64,000 nucleotides of DNA from Amphiscolops sp. MND2022 (taxonomy: Eukaryota), in the NCBI GenBank assembly GCA_964187785.1, contig OZ076410.1, forward strand, positions 23,746,001 through 23,810,000, read 5' to 3'. The notes beneath the pieces are model-generated. The model saw only the letters and a program-made list of their open reading frames with translations, was not told where the DNA came from and searched no databases. Below, one piece after another: positions 25,431 to 38,670 of the stretch; the first letter of the stretch is position 1; each line of letters starts with the position of its first letter. The position numbers were made by a program, and so were the translations under genes.

Positions 25431-26469
25431 CAGGCATGTCAATTATATGCGGCAAAAAACTCTAAAATCTGCAATACTTTATGCGGATAATTTCTTCAAA
25501 AAATTATGCGCTGAAATATGCGGTAAAATGCTGCTTTTTCCTCAAAAAAGAACGAGATAATTGAGAAGAAACTAAACCCTAGTCGAAGTTGCTGCTAAGT
25601 TTTACAGGCACCTTCAAAAAAAGCCGGCTAATTTTTTATAAAACATGGAAAATTCAGGGACCATGCATGGAAACATTTTGTAGGATTACTATGCAGCTTT
25701 TACTATTTGAGTTGAAACTGAAAACATTTCCACTTCTTCACCACCGTGATCACTTTGTTTTCACGCGTAAGTTTCTCAAGCAACTACCTTATGTAAACGC
25801 CATTAGTCAAATAGCACGCTGAATATGACGCTACTTTGAAACTTATACTGTGACTGAAAATTAATTTGCATTGAAACCGCGGTAAAATTGATGAAGGTCT
25901 CAGCTGCTTTCAATATTAGAATAGCGTCTCTATGAAACCGGTAGAAATTCACGGCTCAGAATTGCCGCCAAATTTAGGATGCATTTTATAGGCAGCTTGA
26001 TAATTTTGAATTTCATCAGTGAAATTTTAATGCATGGAGCTTTCCTCGAGAATTTTATAAAATCATAAAAAATTAGCTTGGTAACCTACAAAAATTTGTA
26101 AAAAGTTCAAGCAGTTCCAACCTGGGAATTGATCAAATTTTTCTGAATTCAAATATAACATTATAAATTTTTCCTCGGTCAATTGTTCCCGCTCTTCGGA
26201 AAATAGCTAAAAACACGTTCAACAGAGGCTGAGGAGCAAACATTAAAAAAACAATGTTCGTCCTTTGGGACACGTTCAAAACCTGGTATTTAACGGTTCG
26301 TTATATATAACCAAGTATATAACGGTTCGATTTCATCGATTTCACCAACGATCAGTTACAAAACCAGTCACATATGCGGTAAATATGTGGTTTGTATGCG
26401 GTTTCTCAAATGTAGCAAAATACGCGGGAAAATATGCGGAATTTGCGGCGCATATAATTGGCATGTCTG
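25431..26469. mobile_element. ~1-kb MITE, possibly hAT-type
   Basis: TIRs CAG(G/A)CATG(T/C)CAATTATATGCG; subterminal ATGCGG repeats. An imperfect 8-bp TSD candidate CTTGGAAT/CTTGGAAC is offset by 4 nt. Confidence 0.55.
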
Positions 26470-27152
26470 TCTGCTTGGAACTGACTCCCAAAAAGAACGT
26501 AGCCACCAATTCTGTTTGCGTTTTCATTTTCTTTCGTCTTCTGTGTAGGAAATTGTATTTATTTTCTGTCGGTTGATATACTGTGGTCAGATGGGATCTA
26601 TTATTCATGATGTACGAAAAATAGTCCATTTGAAATATTCGTTTTCCTTATGATAAAACTGTTTCTAGAAATGTAAACGGAGAAACTTCCATAATTAATC
26701 AGCCATTTTATTCAACTCTGTTTTCTGCATTAGCAAAAAAAACAAAGTCGGTCGTCACTAGTAGACCGTGTTTTTGAACTTTTTACAGTTCTACTCGAGT
26801 TTTATGAAACTATACAATGGTTTTAAAAAACAAATCGGTAAATTTTGCATAACTTTCAAACTATTTGTTGCTGAGTGAAATCCAACTTTGAACAAAAAGC
26901 AACAAATCCAATAATTTGTTACACAGCATAGAAACTTTAAACCTACTGACTGGAAATTGCCAATTAAGTTCGATGAAATTATTACTCCCGTTGATTTCGT
27001 TTCTTTTCCTTTATAGCTTCTTCCAATATTGTTACTTTAGTTTGTGAACATTTCCAGAAGAACCAGTGTTTTTGGGAAAATACAAACCGCGGCTTAAACC
27101 GTGTCATTTGTTGAAACCATTGACCGTTAATCATTTTCTGGACTCAAGTTCA

Positions 27153-30100
27153 ATGAAAGTGCCACGAAGAGAACGACACAGAATTTTTCAGTGTCTTCTG
27201 TTGTTCCTTTTATTCTACATTGCACGTGAAATTTACCGCTTCTCTGGAATGTCGTCGCTGAAAACAATTCAAACAACAAGCAGTGCGGACTCGAGGACAC
27301 ACAACTTCTTCAAGTCACAGAAACCGAAGATCCATTTGCTTGATCCGGAAACAGTAAAAGATGCAAACATATCGAAGCCGAGGACACATGAGTGTTTGTT
27401 GCTTGATGCAGACACTTATAACATGTCTCGGGCGATAATATCGCCATTAACTCTCAAAGAACAGTAAGTCATTCCCAAGAAAACAAGCCGGGACCGGCCC
27501 AAGTCGGCGCCATATCTAAGGCTCAAAAATAGCAAAAAGACTTCAAAAAGTCAAAGTATTGGTGAATTGGGGACCCTTTTATGAAAAAAAATGAAGTCTC
27601 ACAATGCGAAAAAAAGTGAAAGGGGGACCATTTGGGATTTCTCAACATCCATTCTGTCGCAAAATTCCGAAAAATTTGAAGGGGGACCCTTTATGGATAA
27701 TTTTTTGGGAAAAATGTCTCACAATGCCGAAAAAACTCAAAGGTGGGACCTTTTAGACTCGCCCGGTATTGTACGCGCAAAAAAAAGAAAACCTTTTTTG
27801 ATTCTGTTCGCTAGGCCAAATGGTTCAATTTGACACCATAAAATTTGTAGAACTTGTAAAACTATTTTGGTCACTTCAGGAACAAAAAAAACACTGACGA
27901 AATGCCATGACTATAGTCGTTGCATTTCGTCAGTGTTTTTTTTGTTCCTGAAGTGACCAAAATAGTTTTACAAGTTCTACAAAATTTTTGTGATTCGTTT
28001 GTGTGCTTCGTTTTTGTGATCATCGGCTCAAATTGTCAGTTTATATTGCAGTTTATTGCATAACGTGTGTTGAATCACAAGGTTTTTTATTTTCCGCCCA
28101 TATTTCATATGGGAAAGGAAAATATTTAAATCAAACGGGGTTTTTTTTACAAAATTTGCCAGGAATTATTGTTTACGTAATATGAAGAAGTACATTCACA
28201 GAATTCAACTGACATAAATTTAGTTCCATGCGATGTGTATTTGTGAAGATTTTTGGACTTAAAACGATTTTGTTGCTCAAATGATTTGGGGCGGAAAATA
28301 TCCCGCTGGTCCACGGGCGTCTTGTACATTCAATCATTTTCACGGACCAAACGGTAGATTCGAGCTACTTAAAATTCAATAGTAGTTTGTTTTAAAAAAG
28401 AAGGTTTCTGTTTTTAATCGACGTTTTCCTTGTAAAGAGCCGACTATATAAACAATAATTCTTGGCAAATTTTGTAAAAAAAACCGTTTGATTTAAATAT
28501 TTTCCTTTCCCATATGAAATATGGGCGGAAAATAAAAAATCTTGTGATTCAACACACGTTATGCAATAAACTGCAATATAAACTGACAATTTGAGCCGAT
28601 GATCACAAAAACGAAGCAACTTGCATCCAACAAGGCCCCTGTGTGCACATGAATTGTCGTTGATTGTTTAGTAAGTTTTTTTATTAGGATCCTGATAAAA
28701 AACTTACTGAACAATCAACGTCAATTCAATCGATGCAACAGTGCAAACAGCTGGTTTCAGACACGTCAATCCCTTCATTTAACATTCTAAACGTGCCATA
28801 ACTAACCTGGATTGTTAAAATCGAATTGCTAAATCAATCATTTTATTCAAACCTATCAAAATTTTTTGAAAAATTAATGAAAAAAACTAAACACACCTAG
28901 TATCGAATTTAAAACAAAGTCCTAGATGTCTGCTCTTCAAGATTAAATCACTTTTTGCATGTCTTCTCAATGGTATTAGTCAATATTAGTCAACAAGGAA
29001 ATGATATTTATACTCCTCTGTACGCATTCAGAAATGGTTTGAAGGATTGAGTTGACAATCAAAAAAACCTGAAGATTGCATTTTTGGATAATCTAACTTA
29101 GATTTTTTAAAACTGATTCATCGACTAGAAACGAAGGTTGCTTTTTCGCTGACACAACTTATAAAGTTACATCAATTTCGACTTGATTCTCTTTCAGTAA
29201 CTCCGAAAACCTCACGAATTTTTACAGCACCAACTCAAAAATGCTGAACGCCATTAAGAGCATCACCGAACTCCTTTCTTTCTACCCCTTACCAACTCTG
29301 AGTCCAGGATCAACTTGTATAATCGTAGGCTCCAGTGGAGTTCTTCTGCAACACTCCGGATTGGGAAAAACCATAGACAATTACGATTACGTCATCAGAA
29401 TGAACTTCGCACCGACTTCTAAGTTTGAGGACTTCGTTGGCTCAAAGACATCAATGCATTTTGCTTATCTACGCTCGTGTTTGATTGCTTTGAAGAACTA
29501 CAGACAGATTAACAATAGTCATATTCTTTATGGGGGTGAGGCTCTTAACGATAAATTGTTAAAATTCAAATTACCAATCAAAGTTCATTTTTTTAAAAAA
29601 ATACATTTTTGCACGATTTCTGATCCATTGATCCAAATAGAAACGTTTCCATGCTGTATTCAAGCTTGCATGGATACTTTCGCCTTACAAAACATGAAGA
29701 TTGAGAAACCAGCAGGTAAAATTTTGTAGGATTCAATTAAATTCCGATCTCACTATTTGAAAAAATTAAAATTATTTCAAATTCCCAATCGACTCACTTG
29801 ATCACTTTGCTTGTACTTTTCGCTTCTCAATTCTCCAAGTGATGCAATATATTTACTAGAACTGGGCATGGAAAGTGACGCTACTTTGCAAGTTTTAAAA
29901 TTTTTTAAATTGTTGATAAAAGTGCTCAGTAATCTGAAAAAAATCTAAAAACACGTGAATAATTTTCAATTGGCTCAAGCGAGCTTGAAACGGAAAAATA
30001 TAGTTCCTTCCTGCGGTTAGCAGTCAATTCCGCTGTTTTCAAAAAGTGTAGGGTTATGCGTCGTAATGCAGTTTCATTTTTGTTCAGTTTAAAAATTCAG

Positions 30101-31016
30101 TTGAAAAATGTCCAGCAGTTTTTCCAATCGAATCTTTCTGGTTAACTGCAAATTCTTGTTAAATTTCTGGTTAAAAAATGCAAAAGAGATGAAATTTTTG
30201 ACTGATAAAAATGTTTTAAAGGCATTGTTCCGTGTTGTTGAATTAAATTGAAAACTTTGTGTTTCAAGGTTCCCGGTTGGATGAATACGTTTCTTTGAGG
30301 AGGAACATTTTGTCACGTGAAAACTCGACATTCAAAGCCATGCTGAAAAACAATCGGTTCACGCTGTTATCTGAATATTCGAAGGAGTGGATTGCCAGAA
30401 ATTTGTGGAAAAGGGGCAAAACTAGACCAACTACTGGAATCATAGCGTAAGCCGTCCATTAAGATATACTAAAAAAAATCAATAAAAAACAATTGATGAA
30501 CAGTCAATTGAAATGAATGAAGTCTTTGTGATAAACAGTTTCCTGGTTTTTGTAGTTTTGGCACGGAACAGCTTCCAACATGAAAAACATACGAAAAGCT
30601 TTCATTCAGTGAATACTTTTAAGTTGCTGGAGTATCTGGTTTTTTTTCACAACGAGCAAGAATAGCTTTGATCTAAAAACTAAAAACTATTTATAAATCA
30701 ACATTTCTCGTTTTCTTTTCATTCCAGGTTGCTCTTTGCTTCGCATTGGTGTCCAACAATTCCGGACTTTGCAGGTTTCGGAATGGAATTCAAAAGCAGT
30801 GAAGTACCCTATCACTATTTCGACAATGTCACATACTTCAAAAATGTGCACTCAGCGACCAATGAAAACTATGGAATCATAAAATTGCAACGTTGCGGCT
30901 ATCTGGGAAAAGATTTGACCCAAAGCGTTTCATTGCGAAACCGGGATCCTCCTGCTCCCTCGAGAACGAAGGAAAATGCCGCAAAGTTAAAGGCGAAAAG
31001 GGAGAAAAAACTTTAA
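27153..31016 (+). CDS. GT29 sialyltransferase (ST3Gal-like), 5 exons, 386 aa, apparently intact
   Basis: Exons 27153-27463, 29228-29535, 29641-29715, 30269-30446 and 30728-31016 (1161 nt, GT-AG introns, consistent phases). N-terminal TM; sialylmotif L (CIIVGSSGVLL...IDNYDYVIRMNFAP...VGSKT); motif S (PTTGIIALLFASHWC...AGFG); motif III (HYFD); motif VS (HSATNE). Confidence 0.93.
27479..27983. repeat. Dispersed non-autonomous repeat in intron 1, ending in a fold-back hairpin (27844-27983)
   Basis: The end GAAACAAGCCGGGACC...TAAGGCTCAAAAAT recurs inverted at ~37730-37783. The hairpin has ~62-bp arms around GACTATAGTC. Confidence 0.8.
28004..28618. mobile_element. MITE/foldback element with ~170-bp TIRs
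   Basis: Arms 28004-28173 and 28449-28618 give near-identical shadow ORFs (MLRFCDHRLKL...). Related fragments occur at ~10135-10210 and ~13645-13730. Confidence 0.85.
28650..28728. repeat. 79-bp near-perfect palindrome centred on AGGATCCT
   Basis: TGAATTGTCGTTGATTGTTTAGTAAGTTTTTT... mirrored, with 3 mismatches seen. Confidence 0.9.
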
Positions 31017-31729
31017 GAAGAAACTTGAGCAAACAAAGAACAATAACTTATAATCCATAAATTCCTTTTGCCGTGTGTCAGTTCAATATTTCGTCTTTTT
31101 TTCAATTGAAACATTGAAGTTCATTCCTGAGTTACAAGTTATTCGATTTGGTAGTTCTGGTGACTTTTACGTTGCTACAGCATGTATGAAGCAGCATGCT
31201 CTCCGTGGTCGAAAGCATCACAAGTGTTGGGTTTGAAGTTAGAGCACAGTGCATTTCAAAGTACGAGTTTTGCTTTGAAACAAACAATGTGAAGAACTTC
31301 AAATGTTTCAAAAAAGAAGTGGAAACCAATCACAAGTGTTTGAAGTTTGTTCAGATTTCTTAAAATTATGTTCTGTTCTTAAGTATTATTATTATTTGTA
31401 CGTGAGGAAAACTAAATGATTAGACATTAATATTGAGTTTTTCACTGTATGTTCACTTTGTTGTCGCTTGTCTCACAATCTTTTCCACATCAAGAGTCTC
31501 CGAAAACGACGAGGTTCTTGTTTAATTTCCTGATTTTTGGGTGGAATAACCTAATTCGGTATTTGGATGAAGAGCAAAAAAAGGTCTATTCAATTGAATT
31601 TTTGAAAAAAAAAACAGAAACATCAAAGATACTTTAAAACTTCAACATTCAATTTTGCTACCCTAATGGAAACTTGTAAAATTATACGGCAACTTGGAAA
31701 ATCCTGGTCACGAAATCCTAAGTTTTGAA

Positions 31730-32704
31730 TGAATATTTTGTAGATGCGGACTGCTCGCGATACTCGTAAAAATCACACACGTTTTTCTCACGCAATGCCT
31801 CTTGTGTCTGCCTATCTGGGGTTCAAATAAGTCAAGTTTAAAATTGCAGGCACATTTAAAATCGCATGTCTGCATTGTTCTTGTATAAGTAAAATGAACT
31901 ATTGTTGTTGTTCTGAGCTTTGTTATTTAAACCTAAAATGCCGACGCCGCCTTATTGGAACCGGTCAAATGGCTCAGGCTCCCAGCGTTCGACATCTTGA
32001 ATACCTTGCCAAGATCTTGCAAGTTCTGGGAAAATTTTCGAAGAAATCCAAGATAGAATCCAAGATCTTGTCAAGATATCCAATATGAAGTCCAAGATCT
32101 TACCAAGAAATCCAATATAGATTCCAAGAACATATTTGTCGAACATGTAGTTCTTCTGCAAGCAACGCTTCCAGAAACTGAACAATGTCCTTACTCTGAG
32201 GTGGAGGCTCTCTGCTGTTGTGGATTTATGTAACACACGTGACAGGACTCACGATATTCAAGATGCCAAAGCAAAATCCAAGATCTAGCCAAGATATTCA
32301 AGATCCAGGATCTTACCAAGATTTCCAAGATCCAAGATCTTATCAAGATATCCAAGATGAAAACCAAGATCTTACCAAGACATTCAAGATGTCAAGACAA
32401 AACCTAAGATCTTTCCAAGATATTCCAGAATTCATGATTTTTCTAAGATCTTGGCAAAATATTCAAGATGTCGAACGCTGGGTTGCCTGGACATGAGAGC
32501 ATATTCTGCGAACATCGTCTATACACAAGACTAAACACTAGTTTTTCCCCAAAGACGATCTCCTGGGGGACTTTTCTAACGTCAAGGAGGCTCCTCATTT
32601 AGAGGTCCGTGGCGACACGCCGGCACACTGAAAGTCCACACACGTTTCACAAGCACGTACAAACAATTCCTACGGTTGTTACGACTTCCTACATAGTCCC
32701 GAGG
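31730..32704 (-). pseudogene. Unidentified pseudogene block, paralogous to 62824-63275
   Basis: The two copies differ mostly at synonymous positions in minus-strand frames (RVWTFSVPACRHG / RVWILSVPACRHG; MRSLLDVRKVPQEIVFG / MRSLLDVRNVPQDIVFG). Both have stops and frameshifts. Confidence 0.6.
31981..32482. mobile_element. 502-bp MITE with TIR CCCAGCGTTCGACATCTTGAATA and internal CAAGATC repeats
   Basis: Long TIRs. It is absent from the paralogous site at ~63050 (AGGTTGCC), implying a 2-bp TSD TT (left copy CT). Confidence 0.9.
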
Positions 32705-33718
32705 TTCAAAAAGAGTCTTTAGCTAAAGTACATTCTTTTGAGGCTAATTGATGTAACTAAAAGATCTACCAAATCCAACAGATAGTACATCATAGCTATT
32801 TCCGTGGGTTTAGTGTTTGTTCGGGACGTCTCTGTACGTTCTCTGTGGAATATGTCACAGAATGGTATAATCTGGGTGGCGTGTGTTCTTCTGGTACGTC
32901 TTCTCGACTGATTGTGCGTTTAGTTCGGATAATTTTACGGAAAACATTTCTTTTCCTTCTATAGCAGACTGGAAGGCAGACGTTTTCATAGAAAAAATAA
33001 TTCCCTAAGGATGTAACTCACAAGACGAAATCCCCGCTGTCTCCAATTCCGAGTTTTGTGAAAAGGAGCAATTGAATAGTTAGCTCTTAATAGTTTTGTA
33101 CCCCGTATGGAAACTTTATTTTTCGCTGTTTACTCATCTTGATTATCATCATGGTGTGATTAAAAAGGGGGACAAAAAATTCTGTGAAGCTTTTGGAATG
33201 GAATTTTTAGTTACTGTTCGGATCACTTCAGTTTCTCAAGATTTGGGATTTGTTTCGAAGTCCTGATAGGTTTAATGGTTTTTAATAGCCGATCAAGACT
33301 TTGCAAGCACGTTTTTCATGATATAATCCGTTTTTAAGGCACTTTTAGCCTCAAATCGTTCTCACCATGGACAACATTTTGAATTTGTTTCTGCTGGCTT
33401 CGAAATGGTCTTGGAAACTTTGTGAAGAAAGAGTAGAAACCGTGGGTATAGGATGGACATCATTTCTACTATTGAAAAATAAACTGGAAAAACAGAAAAA
33501 AAAACATTCTCGGATGAGCAATTTTTTAAACTATTCTACAGAGAGAACTACGCGCTGTGAAGTTTAGCAGGTGAAAGAACATATCAGCAATCCTTAAAGA
33601 ATAGAGCCTCATTCTGAAAAACAGCAAAGGCAACCTTGACAAATATCGTGTGACAATGTTAACATGTGGCAAATGTTCAATAAAAAACTTGTGCTTAAGA
33701 TATTGAGAAATAAAAAAA

Positions 33719-34038
33719 TGTTATCAGATATATCAAAAAGTCGGTTGTAGGGGTTCTACAGTAAGATATCTGAAATAAACAACAAACCACCGGGGCTCGA
33801 CGGGATTGTGAACAAAACCATACGAATGGCACGGTTGACATGGCATATTGGCCTTTTTGTTTACTGAACTCTTATTTATACTTCACACAGCACTCGCCAA
33901 AACCAAAACCTATATCGCCAAGCTCTGATAATAAATGTTTTGGTTTGGATTCTTTATAGGTTTTATAGCAACCCACTAACTATCCAGACACTAATGGAGA
34001 GATTTAGAGCTGAGTGACGTGCTGACCATTACACTACA
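33719..34038 (-). mobile_element. Possible solo LTR
   Basis: TG...CA ends and a TATAAATA box on the minus strand; no TSD found. Confidence 0.3.
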
Positions 34039-36565
34039 GCTCCAATATTTGAGAAATCCGTCTCGACTTATCAACGAACTTAGTAGTTGCTATAGATCTA
34101 ATTTTGAAATCTCACTTTTCAATGTCAAATCGTCCGGTGTCTATGCAATCAAATCTACGCCTTCTCCGCAGTAAAACGCAAATTACTTCGGATATAACAT
34201 CAAAAGTTTGGATATAGCGTTTTACTCCGGATATTACATCAAAATGTCGGAAAGAATTGAAAAATATTATTTGTGGGTATATATTGAGAGAACATAATTT
34301 CAGATTATAAAAAAAATTTGAAACAGTCTCAAAGTGTCGAAAATGTAAAAGAGAGACCCGTTGGGTTTTTTAACCTCAAGTTTATCGCAAAATATCACAA
34401 AAATTTGAAGTAGAGACCCTTCAGAGACAGAAAATTGAAAAAAAGTCGCACAGTGACGAAAAAATTGAAAGGGGACCCTAGAGTCTCGTCCGGTTTTGTA
34501 TCTTACGTTAAAAATGGAATAAATGAAAGGAGCTTTCTTCTAACTTAGATGCGTTTCCACTGGCCGGTCCAGTAGTTTAGTAGTTCTGTAAAAAGTGTTC
34601 GCTATGTATACATTCTGTTATCTGACGAAAAAAAACTTGCCACTGTAACTGCCGCGCCATCTTGTAAAAATGCGCTGAGTAAAATCGAGGCTTCCTAATG
34701 TTTTTTTTGCTATTTGTATTCAACAAGAAACTGGTTTTGTGGAAACTTGTAATTCCATTTTTGGGCTTTATTAGGTTATTAAATTTTTGTTTTGTTGAGA
34801 AACAAAAAAAAACTTAGTTTTAGCACGGGAATTTTTAATGTGTATGTGGGTTCTTTACCGCTCTCGGCCAACATTTTTAATGATTGCATCGTGTAGAGGT
34901 GATACCCAAGGGTCCACCTTCTTGATAGGTTTTTTGGAACTGTGCGGCTTACCGATGAATTTTTTGTCAAGAAAACCGTTTTCTCGAGTCTTAAGAGTTA
35001 CCTCTTTGGTAATTTTTGGTGCTGTGGCACTGATGAGATTTTGTTTAACTCTCGTGAAAAATACCTACGGTTTTTCGGCTCTGCGTGACTTTGCTCGATC
35101 AGAGAAATTTTGGAAGAAAAATCACACAGTCGGGTGAAAGGTTGCCTATGAAAATGCGCCTTTTGGCTGTTATAAATTGGAGTTTTTGTGTCTTTCCGGT
35201 TTTCAGATGCAAACTTTAACATGTAGGATCAGATGGTTGATTGGTAAACCAATTTACCACACCAATTTTTTCTATAAATCAGTCTACAATGCCAAGATCA
35301 AGAAATGTTATAAGTATATGTATAGCATTTTCTCAAGAAATTTTTGTCTGAAAAAGGTATCCGTGTGAATAAAGAGCTGTTTGCCGTTTCTGGCCAAAAA
35401 AGTTCATGAAAGATAGAACGAAACAATATAAACGCTTGATTTCGTTTCATACGCATTTGCGTAACAGCTGTACAAAAAATTCCAGCATAAGTCGCGGCAG
35501 CAAGGTGTGTAGGCTATAATACAACTTAGTTCCAGCACGCTGCTTCATAAAAAGTTATTAATTATTAAAACTGGAGTTTTCTGTTTGAAAAACGTGATCA
35601 ATATTCATGGAAATTTCCGTTCTTTATGTGCCTCTCTTTGTCGCCCTGATTTGAGACCGTTCATCACGATTAAAGTCCAGAACAGGTGCTGAAAATTAAA
35701 CCACAGATCTCAATTTTTGTTCGTTTTCCAGACCTTTATGGAGACGTGAAAATTGATATCTGCAAGCGTATAAATACTGCCTGTTTTTATAAGCTTGCTT
35801 ATTAGCCTGTTTTTATTCTTGCTACTTGATGAAACTACTCTTTTTAGCTGTTTCAATTGACGGAAGTCGAAAGTAAGTTACATACTATTCTCTGTATATA
35901 TCTAATTCAATCAGTCCTCCCACCAAACTCACCCAATTTTATCATCAAAAGTGTTCTTCAAACCAGCAGAAATGAATTCAATCGTCTCGAAGTTATTGAA
36001 AAACTTCTTTGGTGCTATTTTAGTTTATCATCGATTGTCACAATTTTAGAACTTAATGTATAATTGATGGTGTACCAGGAAAACTGAAAATCGAAAACAA
36101 GTTTAAACTGTTTAAACTGGTAAAAGAGTCAATTTTCACGGGAAATACATATACATTTTTTTGCTCGAAGTGGAATATTTTTTACATGTTTTACCTAATG
36201 AGTGACTGAAGTTTAGTTCATGTCTCTTTGTTTGCGTTTGTTGTTTAGTTATGAGGCGACCGTTTCCGGAGATGAAGTGTTTCGCCGGAAGAGGTTAATT
36301 GTTGACGTGAGTTGCCTCACCAGAGTCCAATTATTTAGAATCGAAAATTGCAACTGAAATTTCCGGGGTCGAAATATTTAGGATCGAATTTTACAGGGCA
36401 CTATATCAATGGTATAATATGAATGAAATTTTCACTTCTTTGGATCCCAGTTAAAAACAAGTCGCAATTCGATCCTAGATAATTTTGCAGATTTTTCAAT
36501 TCTGTACAGCAATCCCGTTGACGTTCATAGTAGTGTATGTCTAGTGATTCAGTTTTTGAAATTCG

Positions 36566-37098
36566 CCCTAGTTGAAACTTCTTGAACTTTTTGAATGTAC
36601 TTTAATGTTGCCAGCAACTTTTATCATGATTTTCTAAAACTCTTACGGAAACTCTCATGCGAAAATATTTGCCTGTTGTATTCGACTTTTATCAAGCTGC
36701 TTGAAAGATTCATCAAAGTTTTGGCGGCAATTTTAAGCCTTGAAGTTTTGCAGGTTCCATTAAGCAGCAGCTATCATTTTGAAAGTAAATAAATTGTTTT
36801 GAAGGCAAAATAACTTCAGTCGCCTAGTAAACTGCAAATTAGCGTCATCTTTAGCGTGCTATTTGAGAAGCGGTGGTCACATCAGATGAGTAGTTGAGAA
36901 AACGAAGTGTGAATTCAAAGTGATTGTGTCGGTAATGTGGTGGAATTTATTTTCAAATTTAATTGCAGTAGTGGAAAATGCAGTGTAATTCTAGAAGATT
37001 TACCACCTGTAGTACCACTGAATTTTCTAGGTTTTATAAAAACTTACCCTGCATGCAGGCCTGCAGCATGTAAAAAGTTCCTGCAGTCTCAACTAGGG
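36566..37098. mobile_element. Second, inverted copy of the CCCTAGTTGA MITE, TSD CG
   Basis: cg|CCCTAGTTGAAAC ... GTCTCAACTAGGG|cg; colinear with 15232-15781 in reverse. Confidence 0.85.
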
Positions 37099-38670
37099 CG
37101 GTCTTTACTTTGATAGTCCTTCAACGCGCTCTGTTTTCCGACGATGCGGTTTATCATTATTGGAAAACTTGCGAAGATGTCCAACCACTTAGTGATTTGT
37201 AACAGTTTTTTAGTCGGCCTTTTCGAAGAAAATGGACTACTTTTACAGTGGCTAGTTTTTTTCGTCAGTTCGACGCGATAGGTCCACTTTTCTTGTTTTC
37301 TTGTTGATTTGGTCAACTCCTTCGCCATCTAGTTTTCAGACTTTCAGAAGCAGGAGAGCGTGGGTTCGAGTCTCGCACTAAACCACACGTTTTTTAATGT
37401 TTCCAAAAGTAAAGGATAGACCAAAGGGTCCCCCTTTTGTTTTTTTCGGCACTATGCGACTTTTTTCCCAAACTTTTTGAATTCTATCAAAGGGTACCCG
37501 CTTGATTTTTTTTGAAGTTGTCGGTTTGTAAAAAAAACGTTTAATGAGCCTAAAGGGTCTCTTTTTGGGTTTCTCAGCATAATGCGGCTTTTTTTACCAA
37601 ATACTTTTTTGAAAAATTTTAATTTTTCTCAAAGGCAAATTAGTTTTTTTCTGATGGTTCCAATCTTTTCGGGATTTTTTGGCACTGTGTGATCAATGAA
37701 AAATTCCACAGTAGGCTGATTTTTCCTTGAATATTTTTGAGCCTTAGATATGACGCCGACTTGGGTCGTTCCCGGCTTGTTTCATCTGACCTTTAACTGG
37801 AGATACATAAACTGTCTAGTTTGTTTTTTTTCTGACCGGTTATCTTCCAATAAGGGTAGAATGGAAAGCCCTTCATGTCTCATTTGTCCCGTGAGATGAA
37901 GGTTTCTCTAAAATGATGGAGGCTGCTTCGCGAGCAGTTATCCTTATAGCCTCCTCTGCTATCTAGTTCAATTTCTTTTATAGATGGCACATTTCATATT
38001 TTTCTTGCACCAACCAAGCAGATAAACCATTCACGCAAGTTTGAATATTCCCTTCTTGCTCTGTGTTTCTTTTTTTTCCATTTTGCTCTTGCTTGGTTAT
38101 TCGCCACTGAACTAGTCTCGTTTCCTTTTCCTTCAGGTACTACTCATAGCATTTCGTTCTCAACTGTGTTCGAAAATGTCAGGTGATTTTCCACTTTAGC
38201 AACAAAAATTCATTCCAAAAAATTGGTTGGCGTTGTTTGTTCGAATGTCAAAGTCGTTAGAAGTCATTTCCGGATATCTGAAGCCGATTTGATTGGATCC
38301 TGGAGACACCGGTCCTACAATGGTGCTTGTTCCTCTCCCCAGAGTGAAGTGGACTCGGAACAAGGCGGACAACTGGTGTAAAAGAAGTGAAATTAATTCG
38401 TTTACTCGTATCCATATGTATCATATTCGTCATTTTGATTATAGCTCTGTAGCGACTTTGTCTTCACGAAATTCTACCACAACAAAGGGATATCAATCAT
38501 ATCAAGAGATCTGGGTATCAGAAACAAAAGAGCATCGATAATGATTTAGGCATTAATCATTCAATAAAAAGGACAGCTTTATGTCTTCTAATCAACTCAC
38601 TTGACATCATTTATGTTTTGAAATTGGATGATGTTGATACGCTTACAAGGGGCGTGACAGAAAACCCGAC

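Noticed and set aside
28003-28619. Paralogous small ORFs MLRFCDHRLKL...
   Set aside because: Translations of the TIR arms of a MITE.
37350-37385. B-box-like GGTTCGAGTCT as a tRNA gene
   Set aside because: No cloverleaf or A-box context; at most a SINE-like fragment within a dispersed repeat.
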